From positions 1 to 40,656 of IMG/VR virus record IMGVR_UViG_3300037863_000166: a stretch of 40,656 bases of DNA. The stretch is one strand, 5' to 3'. The translations under genes and the position numbers were made by a program. The notes beneath the pieces are model-generated. The model was not told the DNA's origin. It ran no database searches and saw nothing but the letters and a program-made list of their open reading frames with translations. The stretch's first letter is position 1; each line of letters starts with the position of its first letter. The stretch is from a virus. Lineage: Duplodnaviria; Caudoviricetes. This document shows positions 9,439-19,200 of the stretch, piece by piece.

Positions 9439-9858
9439 ATGGCCGAACCTGCACAAACCGTGAAGATGGGTGGCTTCGGTTACACCACCGACCTTCTGAA
9501 CCGCACCGTCAACCTCGCCGCCGGAATTACCCGGGCTGACGAGGGCAAGGCCCTGACGCTCGATACGTCAGGCCCTTGCAAGTACAAGCTCGCTGGCGCA
9601 GGCGACATCGTCTACGGCCGCCTCGAAGTCGTCGAGAACCGTGAGAACGAAGGCACCCTCGTCGGCAACGCCAAGCTCCACGTCATGGGCATCAAACTGC
9701 CCACGACTGGTACCGTCGCCGTTGGCAGCTTCTTGGTCGGCTCGGCTACCGCCGGCTCGGTCGCAGCCCAAATTGCGGATGCCACGACCGTGCGTCCGTC
9801 CAACCTGTACGCAGTGCAAGTCGAAGCCGGCTTCGCTGTTTGCTACACCCTCGCGTAA
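9439..9858 (+). CDS. head decoration / capsid cement protein
   Basis: 139-aa Gly/Ala/Val-rich beta protein immediately before the major capsid gene. Strong RBS GGAGGAG. Confidence 0.65.
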   Translation: MAEPAQTVKMGGFGYTTDLLNRTVNLAAGITRADEGKALTLDTSGPCKYKLAGAGDIVYGRLEVVENRENEGTLVGNAKLHVMGIKLPTTGTVAVGSFLVGSATAGSVAAQIADATTVRPSNLYAVQVEAGFAVCYTLA

Positions 9859-9871
9859 GGAGCGATAGGTC

Positions 9872-11077
9872 ATGAGCCTCAACACCATCAAGAAGCAGTC
9901 TCTGACTGCTGTGCTGGGGGACCTGCGTTCCACAGACCAGCAAGTCTCGATCGCTGCAGGCCAAAACCTGCTGCGCTCGGCCGGCGAAGAAGGTCTGACC
10001 CCGCGTGAGTTCCTCACGCTGGCGATTGACCCTCGCCTCGAGGAGAACAACCGTCAATTCCAGACCGGCGACGGTGGGTTCCTGACAGGCTACGAAGCCT
10101 CTCTCGCCTACCTGAACCTGCCTGTTCGTGACGACCTCGAAGCTGGCATCCGTCTTCGCGCCGCGAACGACACCTTCCAGACCCACGCCGGTACTCGTGC
10201 CCTCTTCCCCGAGGTCATCGACGACATGGTGCGCTGGAAGTACCGTCAGTTCTCGGTCGAGAACGTCGACCAGCTGGTCTCTCAGACCCGCCAGGTTCCG
10301 CAGCCTGAAATCCTGACGACCGTCATCGACGATCGCAAGGAAGACTACCGCGAGGCCGTCGCGGCTGTGGCTGAAGGCGCTCCCGTGCCGATGTACAGCA
10401 TCCGCACGACCCAGAAGACAACCCGGTTCTACAAGTTCGGATCGGGTTACGAGGTCACCTACGAGTTCGCTCGTCGTGCCTCGCTGGATCTGCTGACGCC
10501 GTACGCCATGCGCGTGAACCGCGAAGTCGACATCTCCAAGGTGGCCATCGCCACCAAGGTCCTGATCGATGGTGACACGAACTACGCCGCGGCTCCGGTC
10601 GTGACGCAGGCTTCGTTCACGGGTGCAGGCGTCGCCGCCAACACCGAAGCGGGCACCATCAGCCGCAAGCACCTGCTCAAGTGGCTGGTGTCGCGCGCCC
10701 AAGAGGGTATCCCGATCGATACCGTCGTCGGCAACTGGAACACCTACGTCCAGTGGCTGATGCTGTGGACCATGAACATCTCGGGCGATCACTCCGCCAA
10801 GGATGAGCTGGCTGGTCAGGGCTTCAACCTTGGTGGCGTTCCGCTGCTGAACGGCGCGGTCAACTTCGCTCTGTCGTCCACGATGCCCGATGGGCAGCTG
10901 CTGGGCTACTCGAAGTCGGACACCCTGGAGCAGACGGTCGAGACCGGCTCGCTGATCGAGGAGAGCCAACGTGCGATCCTCGTCCAGAAGATCCAGTATG
11001 TGAAAACCGAGAACTCGGGCTTCCGCCTGGTCTTCGGCGACACCCGCTCGATCTACAACTTCACCGCCGCCGGCTAA
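9872..11077 (+). CDS. major capsid protein (HK97 fold)
   Basis: 401 aa. VAEGAPVP, KFGSGYEVTYEFARRASLD motifs. Strong codon bias, AAGGAG RBS, followed by a terminator. Confidence 0.88.
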   Translation: MSLNTIKKQSLTAVLGDLRSTDQQVSIAAGQNLLRSAGEEGLTPREFLTLAIDPRLEENNRQFQTGDGGFLTGYEASLAYLNLPVRDDLEAGIRLRAANDTFQTHAGTRALFPEVIDDMVRWKYRQFSVENVDQLVSQTRQVPQPEILTTVIDDRKEDYREAVAAVAEGAPVPMYSIRTTQKTTRFYKFGSGYEVTYEFARRASLDLLTPYAMRVNREVDISKVAIATKVLIDGDTNYAAAPVVTQASFTGAGVAANTEAGTISRKHLLKWLVSRAQEGIPIDTVVGNWNTYVQWLMLWTMNISGDHSAKDELAGQGFNLGGVPLLNGAVNFALSSTMPDGQLLGYSKSDTLEQTVETGSLIEESQRAILVQKIQYVKTENSGFRLVFGDTRSIYNFTAAG

Positions 11078-11100
11078 ACCCGGCATCAAGCCCTGAAATG

Positions 11101-11135
11101 ATGGCCCGCCTCCGGGAATGGGGGCGGGCCATTTT
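11101..11135 (+). terminator. intrinsic terminator after the major capsid gene
   Basis: ATGGCCCGCC...GGCGGGCCAT stem followed by TTT. Confidence 0.75.
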
Positions 11136-11150
11136 CATAAGAGAGATCCC

Positions 11151-11630
11151 ATGACCAAGATGATCGTTGAGACCAAGGGAGCCTACCAACTGGCGGGCTC
11201 CATGATGGATGGCTCCGACCGTGTTCCATTCGACCGCCCAGCCGTGGTGGCCAAGAGCACCTACATCGAGCTGAAGATCCAGTCCGAAGTCTCAGGCCTG
11301 GCCGTCCACGCCGACGACCTGCCCGACACCGCCAGCGACGAAGACTTCGCCGCCACTCTCGCCGAGTGTGACGGTGATGTCGAAGCCGCCGTCGAGATCT
11401 ACCTGTCCGAGCTGAAGGGTATCGAAGATCAGAAGCCGAAGAAGGAAAACGCCTCCGACCGCAAGGCTCGTCTCGCTGCCGAGAAAAAGGCCGATGAGGA
11501 CAAAAAGGCTGCCGCCGACGCCGCGAACCGTGGCAAGGAAGGCTTCACCGCGTCCGACGCAGTGCCACCCGCCAAGCCGGGCACTCTGGCGGAGAACCCG
11601 TCGACTGACATCGAGCTCCAGAAGGGCTGA
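11151..11630 (+). CDS. hypothetical protein (Lys/Ala-rich C-terminus)
   Basis: ATG 11151 with GAGAG upstream. Host-like codon usage. Confidence 0.7.
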   Translation: MTKMIVETKGAYQLAGSMMDGSDRVPFDRPAVVAKSTYIELKIQSEVSGLAVHADDLPDTASDEDFAATLAECDGDVEAAVEIYLSELKGIEDQKPKKENASDRKARLAAEKKADEDKKAAADAANRGKEGFTASDAVPPAKPGTLAENPSTDIELQKG

Positions 11631-11632
11631 TC

Positions 11633-12349
11633 GTGAAGACTTTCCTCGCCGACGAAGACGTGCTGCTGCAGGTTCCTCTGCGGCAGCACGGTGAGCCACT
11701 GATCCCCGACGCGGGATCGGTCAGACTCACCGTGCGCGGCAATGGTGGGGCAGTCCTGGTCAACCGCGAGCCGGTCACGATGGCGACCGCCTCCACCGAG
11801 GCGTCCGTCATCGTGCCGGCCGTGGCCAACGAAATCGGTCTGAACCGTTTCCAGAACCGAACCGTCATCGTGGAGTGGACCAAGACCGGCCGCCCGATGA
11901 ACGCCAAGCTCTCCTACCGTCTGACCACCTGGCTCAACACCACGGTCACCGCGGACGACGTGAGAGGCTACATTGGTGTCGACAGCGGCGAGCTGCCCGA
12001 CGACGTCATCGACATCACCGACGCCTACCTCGACGTGGAGCAGGAGGCTACTGAAACCGTCCTGACAGCCGCGCTGGCCGGAGGGGACAGCCTACAGCGC
12101 CAGGCCAACCGAATGATCCTCGCCCGGGCGGTCCTGAAGCAGCTCCCCGGGCTGCCTCTGCGGCTGAGCCAGAGCGAGAGCAACGGCGTCTTCTCGGCCA
12201 CGCGGCCGAAGGTCGACCTCGGGCTGCTGGAAATGCGGGCCCTCGCCGACTATGGTGAGGCCCTGGGCCTGGTGGTGACGACACTCTCTTCCGACCCGAC
12301 CCTTTTCCTCGTGGTACCGATCTCACCGGACCCGATCACCGGAGTCTGA
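11633..12349 (+). CDS. putative head-tail adaptor
   Basis: Position after the capsid. VTADDVRGYIGV...ELPDDVID resembles adaptor helices. Confidence 0.6.
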   Translation: MKTFLADEDVLLQVPLRQHGEPLIPDAGSVRLTVRGNGGAVLVNREPVTMATASTEASVIVPAVANEIGLNRFQNRTVIVEWTKTGRPMNAKLSYRLTTWLNTTVTADDVRGYIGVDSGELPDDVIDITDAYLDVEQEATETVLTAALAGGDSLQRQANRMILARAVLKQLPGLPLRLSQSESNGVFSATRPKVDLGLLEMRALADYGEALGLVVTTLSSDPTLFLVVPISPDPITGV

Positions 12350-12350
12350 C

Positions 12351-12893
12351 ATGCGATCTTTCGCTGGCGTTGGGGATCGCTTCCTCACAGAGATGCGTAC
12401 GCTGGAGGGCTCGGCCTTCCGAGGCACCATCATGCCAGCGTCGGATCAGCAGGGCTCACCGTTCGAGTTCTCATCCTCGCGCGTCATCCTTCGCACCCGA
12501 GGCGAGGTCATCATCGGGGCCGGGTCCGTGTTCCGCGCCCGCCCGGGCGGCCCGCGCTACATCGTCGGGGAGCACTATGCGGCCGAAGACGACTACCGGA
12601 GCTGGAAGCTCTTCCTGATCGAGCGTGAACTGACGTGGAAGCGCATGAAGCCGACCACGGACGACCTGACCGGTCTGGTCAAGAACAGCGGCAGCAGGCC
12701 TGAGGATCTCGGGACCATCTACGCCGCCGTGGAGCACGATCGCCGCCTGTTCACAGATCCAGGCCTGAAGCTGCGAACAGAGAAAGTGACGCTGGTCACC
12801 AACTCCCCCGTCCAGCCCAAGGACATCGTCAACAACGAGCTGGTCACCCGCGTCACCGAGGATCTGGGGCTGTTCATTCTCGAGTACACCTGA
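12351..12893 (+). CDS. putative head closure protein
   Basis: Synteny and beta-rich composition. Confidence 0.5.
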   Translation: MRSFAGVGDRFLTEMRTLEGSAFRGTIMPASDQQGSPFEFSSSRVILRTRGEVIIGAGSVFRARPGGPRYIVGEHYAAEDDYRSWKLFLIERELTWKRMKPTTDDLTGLVKNSGSRPEDLGTIYAAVEHDRRLFTDPGLKLRTEKVTLVTNSPVQPKDIVNNELVTRVTEDLGLFILEYT

Positions 12894-13819
12894 TGAGCCG
12901 GCTCAAGACGTTCGTTACGGTCGGAGGTGTGGCCAGGATCACAGACTACGAAACAATCAAGGGCCGAGGGGTGAAAGACACTTTCTCGAACCGATCCTCG
13001 AACCCGGTCCTTGCCCGAGCTGCACATAGCCGGCTGAACCGTGAGATTTCTGAGCTTCTGATCAGCAGTGTCCTCGAAAGAGAGGTCAGCCGCCAGCCGG
13101 AGGGTGACCAGAAGGTCATGGTCACGGCGATGAAGAACGCTGGCAAGCGCGAGGCAGCCCAGCTGGTAACCTTCATCTCACGCTGGCTCCTGAACATCCA
13201 GGGCACAGACTCGGGTATCGACGCATTCAGACACACAACCCCCGGGATGCTGCCAAGCGTAGACGTCAAGGGCAAGCGCGTATACGCCAAAGGCGGTGGT
13301 CGACCTGTAACTGGGGTGGTCAGCTGGCGCGGCCTCAGGCGTGGAACCCTCAAGTCGAAGAAGGACAAGAGGTTCTTCCGAGATGAGGGGCACCTCGCTC
13401 AGGCTATTCTCAGCATGAAACAGAGCTACCCGGATAGCCTTGGTGGCGTCCAGGTGGTTGGCCAGGACCTCACGAAAAACAAGAAGGCATTGGCCAAGAA
13501 GCTGTCCGACGTACCCGACCGGATCGTTCTGCTGAAGACGATCGACGTGAAGATTTTCCCACAGGCAAACCGCTCCCTCTTTCCCGGTCTGCTGAATGGC
13601 AAATGGGATGCAGTCGACCCCTCAGCCCGGCTCGAGCAGTCTGGCTTTTTCCCAACTGAGATCAGCAAGAAACTCCGCGGCCCCTACATGGCAGAGGGTG
13701 GGAGGAGTGTTTTGAGGTTCCGTCCCATGTTCGGACCCGTTACACAGTTCTGGATGATGCATCGCATCCCTATGGCACTGGCGAAAGCCATCGCTGACTC
13801 CTCGAAGGCTCGAAAATGA
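12893..13819 (+). CDS. putative neck / tail completion protein
   Basis: Basic protein with C-terminal RPMFGP, typical of neck proteins. Synteny. Confidence 0.5.
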   Translation: MSRLKTFVTVGGVARITDYETIKGRGVKDTFSNRSSNPVLARAAHSRLNREISELLISSVLEREVSRQPEGDQKVMVTAMKNAGKREAAQLVTFISRWLLNIQGTDSGIDAFRHTTPGMLPSVDVKGKRVYAKGGGRPVTGVVSWRGLRRGTLKSKKDKRFFRDEGHLAQAILSMKQSYPDSLGGVQVVGQDLTKNKKALAKKLSDVPDRIVLLKTIDVKIFPQANRSLFPGLLNGKWDAVDPSARLEQSGFFPTEISKKLRGPYMAEGGRSVLRFRPMFGPVTQFWMMHRIPMALAKAIADSSKARK

Positions 13820-14289
13820 ACAACATCCTGAAGAACTCCGAGGCGTCTGTGATCAAACTGGTCACAGAACTGCAAGACCAGATGCTGGAAGAAGGCATCT
13901 GCAGGGAGCTGACCTATGTCGAGATCGATGCCCGGGTCGAGCTCAAGGATGGGGATCTACCTAACACCGACATCATCGGTGTCACCCAGTTCTCAATCTC
14001 CGAGGAGGAAGAGAAGATCTGGTCTATTCACTTCATCCTGGCTGTGTCGACGGTCAGCGACGACAATCTGTTCCGTCTGCGCGACATGGTGAACTGGGTC
14101 TTCAACCGGTTCCACTCAGGAGCCCAGATGATCTATTACGACGCGGACTCGGCTGACGAGAAGAGCTGGATCCAGGTGATCCCCGGGACCGTGATGCTAC
14201 CCACCCACCGGGTCGAGACCCGTCCGTTCAGGTTTGTGCAGGTTCATGCTCTTCTGGATCCTCAACAAGGATCTCAGACAGCGTACTGA
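13816..14289 (+). CDS. putative tail terminator protein
   Basis: Acidic 157-aa protein just before the major tail gene. Confidence 0.55.
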   Translation: MNNILKNSEASVIKLVTELQDQMLEEGICRELTYVEIDARVELKDGDLPNTDIIGVTQFSISEEEEKIWSIHFILAVSTVSDDNLFRLRDMVNWVFNRFHSGAQMIYYDADSADEKSWIQVIPGTVMLPTHRVETRPFRFVQVHALLDPQQGSQTAY

Positions 14290-14611
14290 GATCACGCTCC
14301 ATGATCTCTTCGAGGGCAAGACTGACGAGAGAGACGAGCTCAACCTGAACCGAACGGTCGTTATACTGCGCCCGGCTGGTCAGCCAGTGTCGAAGCCGGG
14401 GAGTGATCGAAACCGACGTAGATTTCGATGCTCCATATGGTCCCACTGAGACCATCTGCTGGGGGTCCACACCATTTCGTGCGAAGGTGAGAAGCTCTCG
14501 AACTTCTGAGGAAACAGACCTCATCCTAGCCCGGGCCCGTTGCTGGATCATATCGTGGACGGCAACAGGCCACCGCACGGTGATCCGTTCTGTTCTACTC
14601 TCGGTCGACAT
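14228..14611 (-). CDS. tandem Arc-like (ribbon-helix-helix) DNA-binding protein
   Basis: Two Arc-like repeats: ITVRWPVAVHDMIQQRARARMRSVSSEVRELL and TSVSITPRLRHWLTSRAQYNDRSVQVELVSLV. Confidence 0.75.
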   Translation of the reverse strand: MSTESRTERITVRWPVAVHDMIQQRARARMRSVSSEVRELLTFARNGVDPQQMVSVGPYGASKSTSVSITPRLRHWLTSRAQYNDRSVQVELVSLVSLALEEIMERDLSTLSEILVEDPEEHEPAQT

Positions 14612-14615
14612 GGGG

Positions 14616-14666
14616 CCTCGCGTAAATATGGGTAATAGACTTGTCTCTCTGACACAGTGACAAGTC
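14616..14666. promoter_or_regulatory. divergent control region with GCGTAA-N10-TAGACT and inverted repeat
   Basis: GCGTAA at 14620. Inverted repeat GACTTGTC (14638)-N13-GACAAGTC (14659). Confidence 0.5.
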
Positions 14667-14709
14667 CATCACGAGTTTTGGGAACCACCCCTTAGAGCGA
14701 GGACTCCAC

Positions 14710-15498
14710 ATGGCCGCTAATGCCAAAACCAACCAGTTCATGATCGGCGACGCGACCATCATGGTCGGCGCAATGGCCGATGTCTTCGATCTGATGCCCG
14801 ACAAGCACGGCCTGGGTCTGACCAAAAACCTGGCCATCCGTGTCGAAACCGGCAACGTCGACCTGACGCAAGGTATCTCGCAGACGCCGATCTTCTCGGT
14901 CCAAAACCAGTTTAGCCCAATGGCGAGCTGCGAAGTCTACGAGTATACCGCACGGAACCTGGCCTATGGTTTGGGTCTCGACGGCTCGGGCGCTGAGTTT
15001 GATGCCAATCTGACCCCTGGACCGTTCATGCTGGCCAGCAACGTCGTGGCTGCAGCCGTCTCGGTCCCTCTCGCCGTTGGTGCCGGCAGCGGCTTCGTCG
15101 TCGGTGACTGGGTGATCATGCAGCAGGCCGAAGATTATATCTTCGCTGCGAGGGTGACCGCCAAGACGACCGACACCCTGACGATCGACCGCGCTGTCCC
15201 CACCGGCATCAGCTACGCCGTCGCCACGACCCGCATCTTCCGTGCTCGTTCGATCGGCGCAGTCGGTGGTCAGAACGCCTTCGTCTCGGTCAAGGCCGCG
15301 GTGATCATGCCCAAGGACAAGCGTCCTGTGCCGATCCTCTTCCCGAAGGTTCGTATTGCCCGAGGTTTCGACGTCTCGCTGGGCTCTTCGGACTTCTCGA
15401 ACCTCCCGTTCGAGTTCATGCCCTACCCCCTCACCCCCGAGGACACGCTTTACAGCTCGTTCGGTGTGGGCGAGGTCTTCAAGATCCTGCCCCAGTAA
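14710..15498 (+). CDS. major tail (tube) protein
   Basis: GAGGA RBS, strong codon bias, position before chaperones/TMP, C-terminal DFSNLPFEF, followed by a terminator. Confidence 0.85.
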   Translation: MAANAKTNQFMIGDATIMVGAMADVFDLMPDKHGLGLTKNLAIRVETGNVDLTQGISQTPIFSVQNQFSPMASCEVYEYTARNLAYGLGLDGSGAEFDANLTPGPFMLASNVVAAAVSVPLAVGAGSGFVVGDWVIMQQAEDYIFAARVTAKTTDTLTIDRAVPTGISYAVATTRIFRARSIGAVGGQNAFVSVKAAVIMPKDKRPVPILFPKVRIARGFDVSLGSSDFSNLPFEFMPYPLTPEDTLYSSFGVGEVFKILPQ

Positions 15499-15533
15499 GG
15501 GCTCGGCTCTTAAGATTGCGATGGACGCAAACG

Positions 15534-15564
15534 TGGCCACCCGTGACAAGCGGGTGGCCATTTT
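15534..15564 (+). terminator. intrinsic terminator after the major tail gene
   Basis: TGGCCACCCG...CGGGTGGCCA stem followed by TTTT. Confidence 0.75.
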
Positions 15565-15579
15565 GCATTTGAGAGACCC

Positions 15580-16089
15580 ATGACCGAAGAGTCCAAGACC
15601 CCCGACCTGGAAACCGAGATCACGATCCTGATCAACGGTGAGGACCGCGAGTTCAGCATGAAGTTCGCCCTGCTCCGCGAGCTGGCCCGAACCTTCCCCA
15701 ACGAGACCGACCCTCAAGCTGTTTTCCAGGAGCAAGGTCTGTTCGACCTGGCTCTCGAGATCCTCATGATCCCCCGCAACGAAGTCGGCAAGGTGATCAA
15801 CCCTGAGGGAGGTTTCAACCTCGACGACTTCGACATGTCACAGGAAGAGGCGATCCGTCTCGTGAAGTGGGCGATGGAGCACGTCATTCGTTTTTTTCTG
15901 ATCAAGCTCAGCAACCTGATGAAGCTGGGCGAAATGAGCGGGGAACAAATCGAAGCCCTACTGTCGTCCTTGCCTGGCTTGAGGGACTCTCTTTCGAAGA
16001 AACCGTCTGCTGGTCCTATGGACTTCAGTACTCTGACCTCAGAAGTCTCTACTGGAAAGTCACCTACCGCGACCTCCGCACCCACCTGA
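15580..16089 (+). CDS. tail assembly chaperone (gpG-like)
   Basis: Between the major tail gene and TMP. Contains a T TTT TTT slippery heptamer at 15891-15897. Confidence 0.8.
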   Translation: MTEESKTPDLETEITILINGEDREFSMKFALLRELARTFPNETDPQAVFQEQGLFDLALEILMIPRNEVGKVINPEGGFNLDDFDMSQEEAIRLVKWAMEHVIRFFLIKLSNLMKLGEMSGEQIEALLSSLPGLRDSLSKKPSAGPMDFSTLTSEVSTGKSPTATSAPT

Positions 16090-16265
16090 AGATCAGGATC
16101 CAAGAGGCACAGGCCAACGCGACGCAGCAGATGGAGGCGATCACGTTGGCAGTCTCGATGGTCCTAGGTGGTTCCAAAGGCTCGACCCCTGAGAACAAGC
16201 CTCAGAGCGCCGGGGAATTAACCCAAGGACTGATGTCCTTTATGAGTGCCGCACAAAATGGCTGA
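15891..16265 (+). CDS. tail assembly chaperone frameshift extension (gpT-like)
   Basis: Open -1 frame (WLEGLSFEETVCW...LAVSMVLGG) with no good ATG/RBS. Ends overlapping the TMP start. Confidence 0.65.
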   Translation, partial: FFSDQAQQPDEAGRNERGTNRSPTVVLAWLEGLSFEETVCWSYGLQYSDLRSLYWKVTYRDLRTHLKIRIQEAQANATQQMEAITLAVSMVLGGSKGSTPENKPQSAGELTQGLMSFMSAAQNG

Positions 16266-19200
16266 CGAGAAGAACACAGTCCATACCGAGTATACCGCTA
16301 CCGCCAACATGAAGTCGGCGGCAGCGGAGCTTGCTGAGTTCTCTCGGAAGTTCAATAGTGAACTTGGTACGATGCAGAAGATGGTGGACGCAGTTGATGC
16401 ATCCACCATGAAGGCTGTCCGCAACTACAACAAGATGGTCTCGAGCTTCAAACAAGCTCAGAACAATCTTCAAGGCCAGGGCGCACTCCCTCAGATGGGA
16501 GGTGCCCGAAGCAAGAGCGATATCGCTGGCGAGATGTCGACCCGTGTCGGCGAGATCGATAAGTACCGCCGGCAAGTCACCCGCGCCCTAGCCGGGACCG
16601 TCTTGGATATCGAAGCCGAGATCAAGCGCCTCCAGGAGGTCTTTGACCAGCTAAACAACAACAAGCGGAAAAACGCGGAGCTGATCAACAAGACCTCCAG
16701 GGAGATCAAAAATCTTCGTGAGAGGGCGGACGTTATAAAATCAGGGCCGGGCGTAAGCGCGGAACTTACCGCAGCCCGGTCGAACCGGGCCAAGGCGCAG
16801 TTGAAACAGGCTGCTGCGGATGACCGCTTCTCCACGAAGGCGGCCAACGAACTGGCTGCCGCCAAGATGCGCCTGATTGCTGTCGAGGATCTACTAAACA
16901 GCAAAGGACTTCAAAAGAAAAACCGGACCACGGCCCTGACCCAAGAGCAGGCCAAGCTCAAAGAGCTGATCAAATCCTACGAGGACATCTCAGCGGTAGT
17001 TCAGAAATACAATCAGAACTTCACGAAGACCCTCGGTAAGGAGCTCTCGTCGAAGAACCGCCAGACCGTGAGTGACGCCAAACAGGTCCTCGAGCTCGAG
17101 CAGCGCACAGCCCTGATCCAAGATCAAATCTCCAAGAAGAAGGCAGGGGAGATCCGTCTCGACGCGGCAGCGATCACCAGTCTTCAGACGGAACTCAAGT
17201 TCTCGCAGCAGCTGTTGGATCTCCACAGCAAGGACGCAGACATCATGGCCCGGGCGGCCGTGCTGCGTGAGCGCATGGCGACCAAGCAGCTGCAGATCGC
17301 CAACCAGGTGATGATGGCAGAGGCCGAAGCGGCCAACCGCGAGTTCGATCGGATCCGTGCGCACACCCGTGCCGCCCAGGTCATGATGCGCCGGGAGGCA
17401 GACCTCGAGAACCGTGAGGTCACACGTGTTAGCCGGGTAGCTCAGGCTCGCAGGGAGCTCGTACAGGCGGAGAAGAACTCTGCTCAGGACTTCATGCGCG
17501 CGTCGGCCGAAGCCGAGAACCAAGAGATCAGCCGGGTTCGTCGCGTCGCGACAGCCCGAGCGAATGCCCAACGCGCTGAGGCCGAAGCGGCCAACCGTGA
17601 GTATGACCTCGTCAAGCGGACAGCAGATCTTCGCGCCCGCCGAAACGACCCCGGTGTCGCGGCCAATAATTTCCTGAAGAACGAGGAAGCAAAACTCAAG
17701 ATCGAGGCCCAGATCCTTCGTTTGAAGCAAACCGGCACGGCTGAAGACCGTGTCCAGATCAACCTGCTGGATCAGGAGCTGATCCGCCTACGTCAGGAAG
17801 CCGACCAACTCTCCAAGATCCACGGAATCGAGGCGCGGATCAGCTCGGAGCGGGCCAAGAGAACACAAGACGCCAGGGGCGAGACCAAGTCACGTCTGCA
17901 GAACATCCGCCAGAACCCCGGTGAGCTCATGGGCATCCAAGCGGAGCTCATGGGGAACTACGCCGCCTTCGGAGCGATCCAGGGGGCGGCCCAGAACATG
18001 GTGACCTACGTTATTCAGGGCGAGACCGCACTAGCCAAGTTCCAAGCCATCGCCGCGGCTTCCAACGTCGAGACAGCCGTTATGGCGCAGACAATGGAGC
18101 AGCTGGGAACCAACTCGAAATACACCAACCTCGAGATCATCGACACGGCGACCCTGCTTGCTCAGGCTGGCCTCTCGGCCCGAGACGCTGGACCAGCTCT
18201 GAAGTCCGTGGCCGAGCTGGCCACCGCCGCCGGCACAGAACTGAAACAGGCCGCGGACGTCGTCACATCTGTCTCCAACATCTGGGGCTACAGCACCAGC
18301 GAGATGGGCAACGTCGCAGACATCCTGACGGCCGCACTGAACAAGACCAAGCTGGGCATGGACCAGATGCAGCTCGGCATCCAGTATGCAGGTAACGTGG
18401 CCGTCGACGCAGGCGTGGACTTCGTCGAGCTGACAGCGGCTATGGGTGCCCTAGCCCAGGCCGGTATCCGCTCTGGCTCCACGATCGGTACCGGCCTGCG
18501 GGCTCTGCTCGTCGACCTGCAGAACCCAAATGAGAAGGCCGTGGCGACGATGGAGCGCCTCGGGATCTCGATGGAAGACGTCAACCTCCGCACCTTGGGC
18601 CTGACCCAGGTCCTCCACAACCTGAAAGCCGCTGGCTTCACCAGCGCGGACGCAATGGGCGCATTCGAGATCCGCGCCGCGGCTTCCTTCGCCGCTATCT
18701 CGAACAACCTCGGTGTGCTCGACAGCCTTCAAGAGGACCTCTACGGCACCAACGCGGCCGCAGCCGCCAGTGCGATCCAGATGAACACGGTCTCTGCCAA
18801 GTGGACCTCGTTCGTCAACGTTGCTCAATCTGTTGCCAAAGATGGCTTTGCGCCCGTGATTGCAGCAGTGAAGGTCTTCCTCGACGTAGGCGCGGACCTT
18901 CTCAAGGTCCTGAACCAGTTCCCCAATGTCACCGCAGCGGTGACAACCGGTTTGATCACCTTGTTTGGCGCACTGGCCGTCACCCGACTGGCGATGGCTA
19001 CCGTGGCTATCGCTGGGATGATCACGACATTTGGAGGTCTTGGAGTTGCAGCAACGGGCGCAGCTGGTGCTGTCACGATCCTCGGCATCTCCTTCACGGC
19101 GATCCCCATAATCGGCTGGATCAGCGGGATCGCCGCGGTGGCAGCCGGGATCTGGGCCTGGACCAAGAGCATGGGCGAGGCGAAGGACACCGCCGATGAG

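Noticed and set aside
6669-9858. GCGTAA at 6669 and 9853 (also 16751 and 22239) as promoter motif copies
   Set aside because: They are Ala-stop codons or lie inside genes and lack a -35-like hexamer 10 nt downstream; may be chance.
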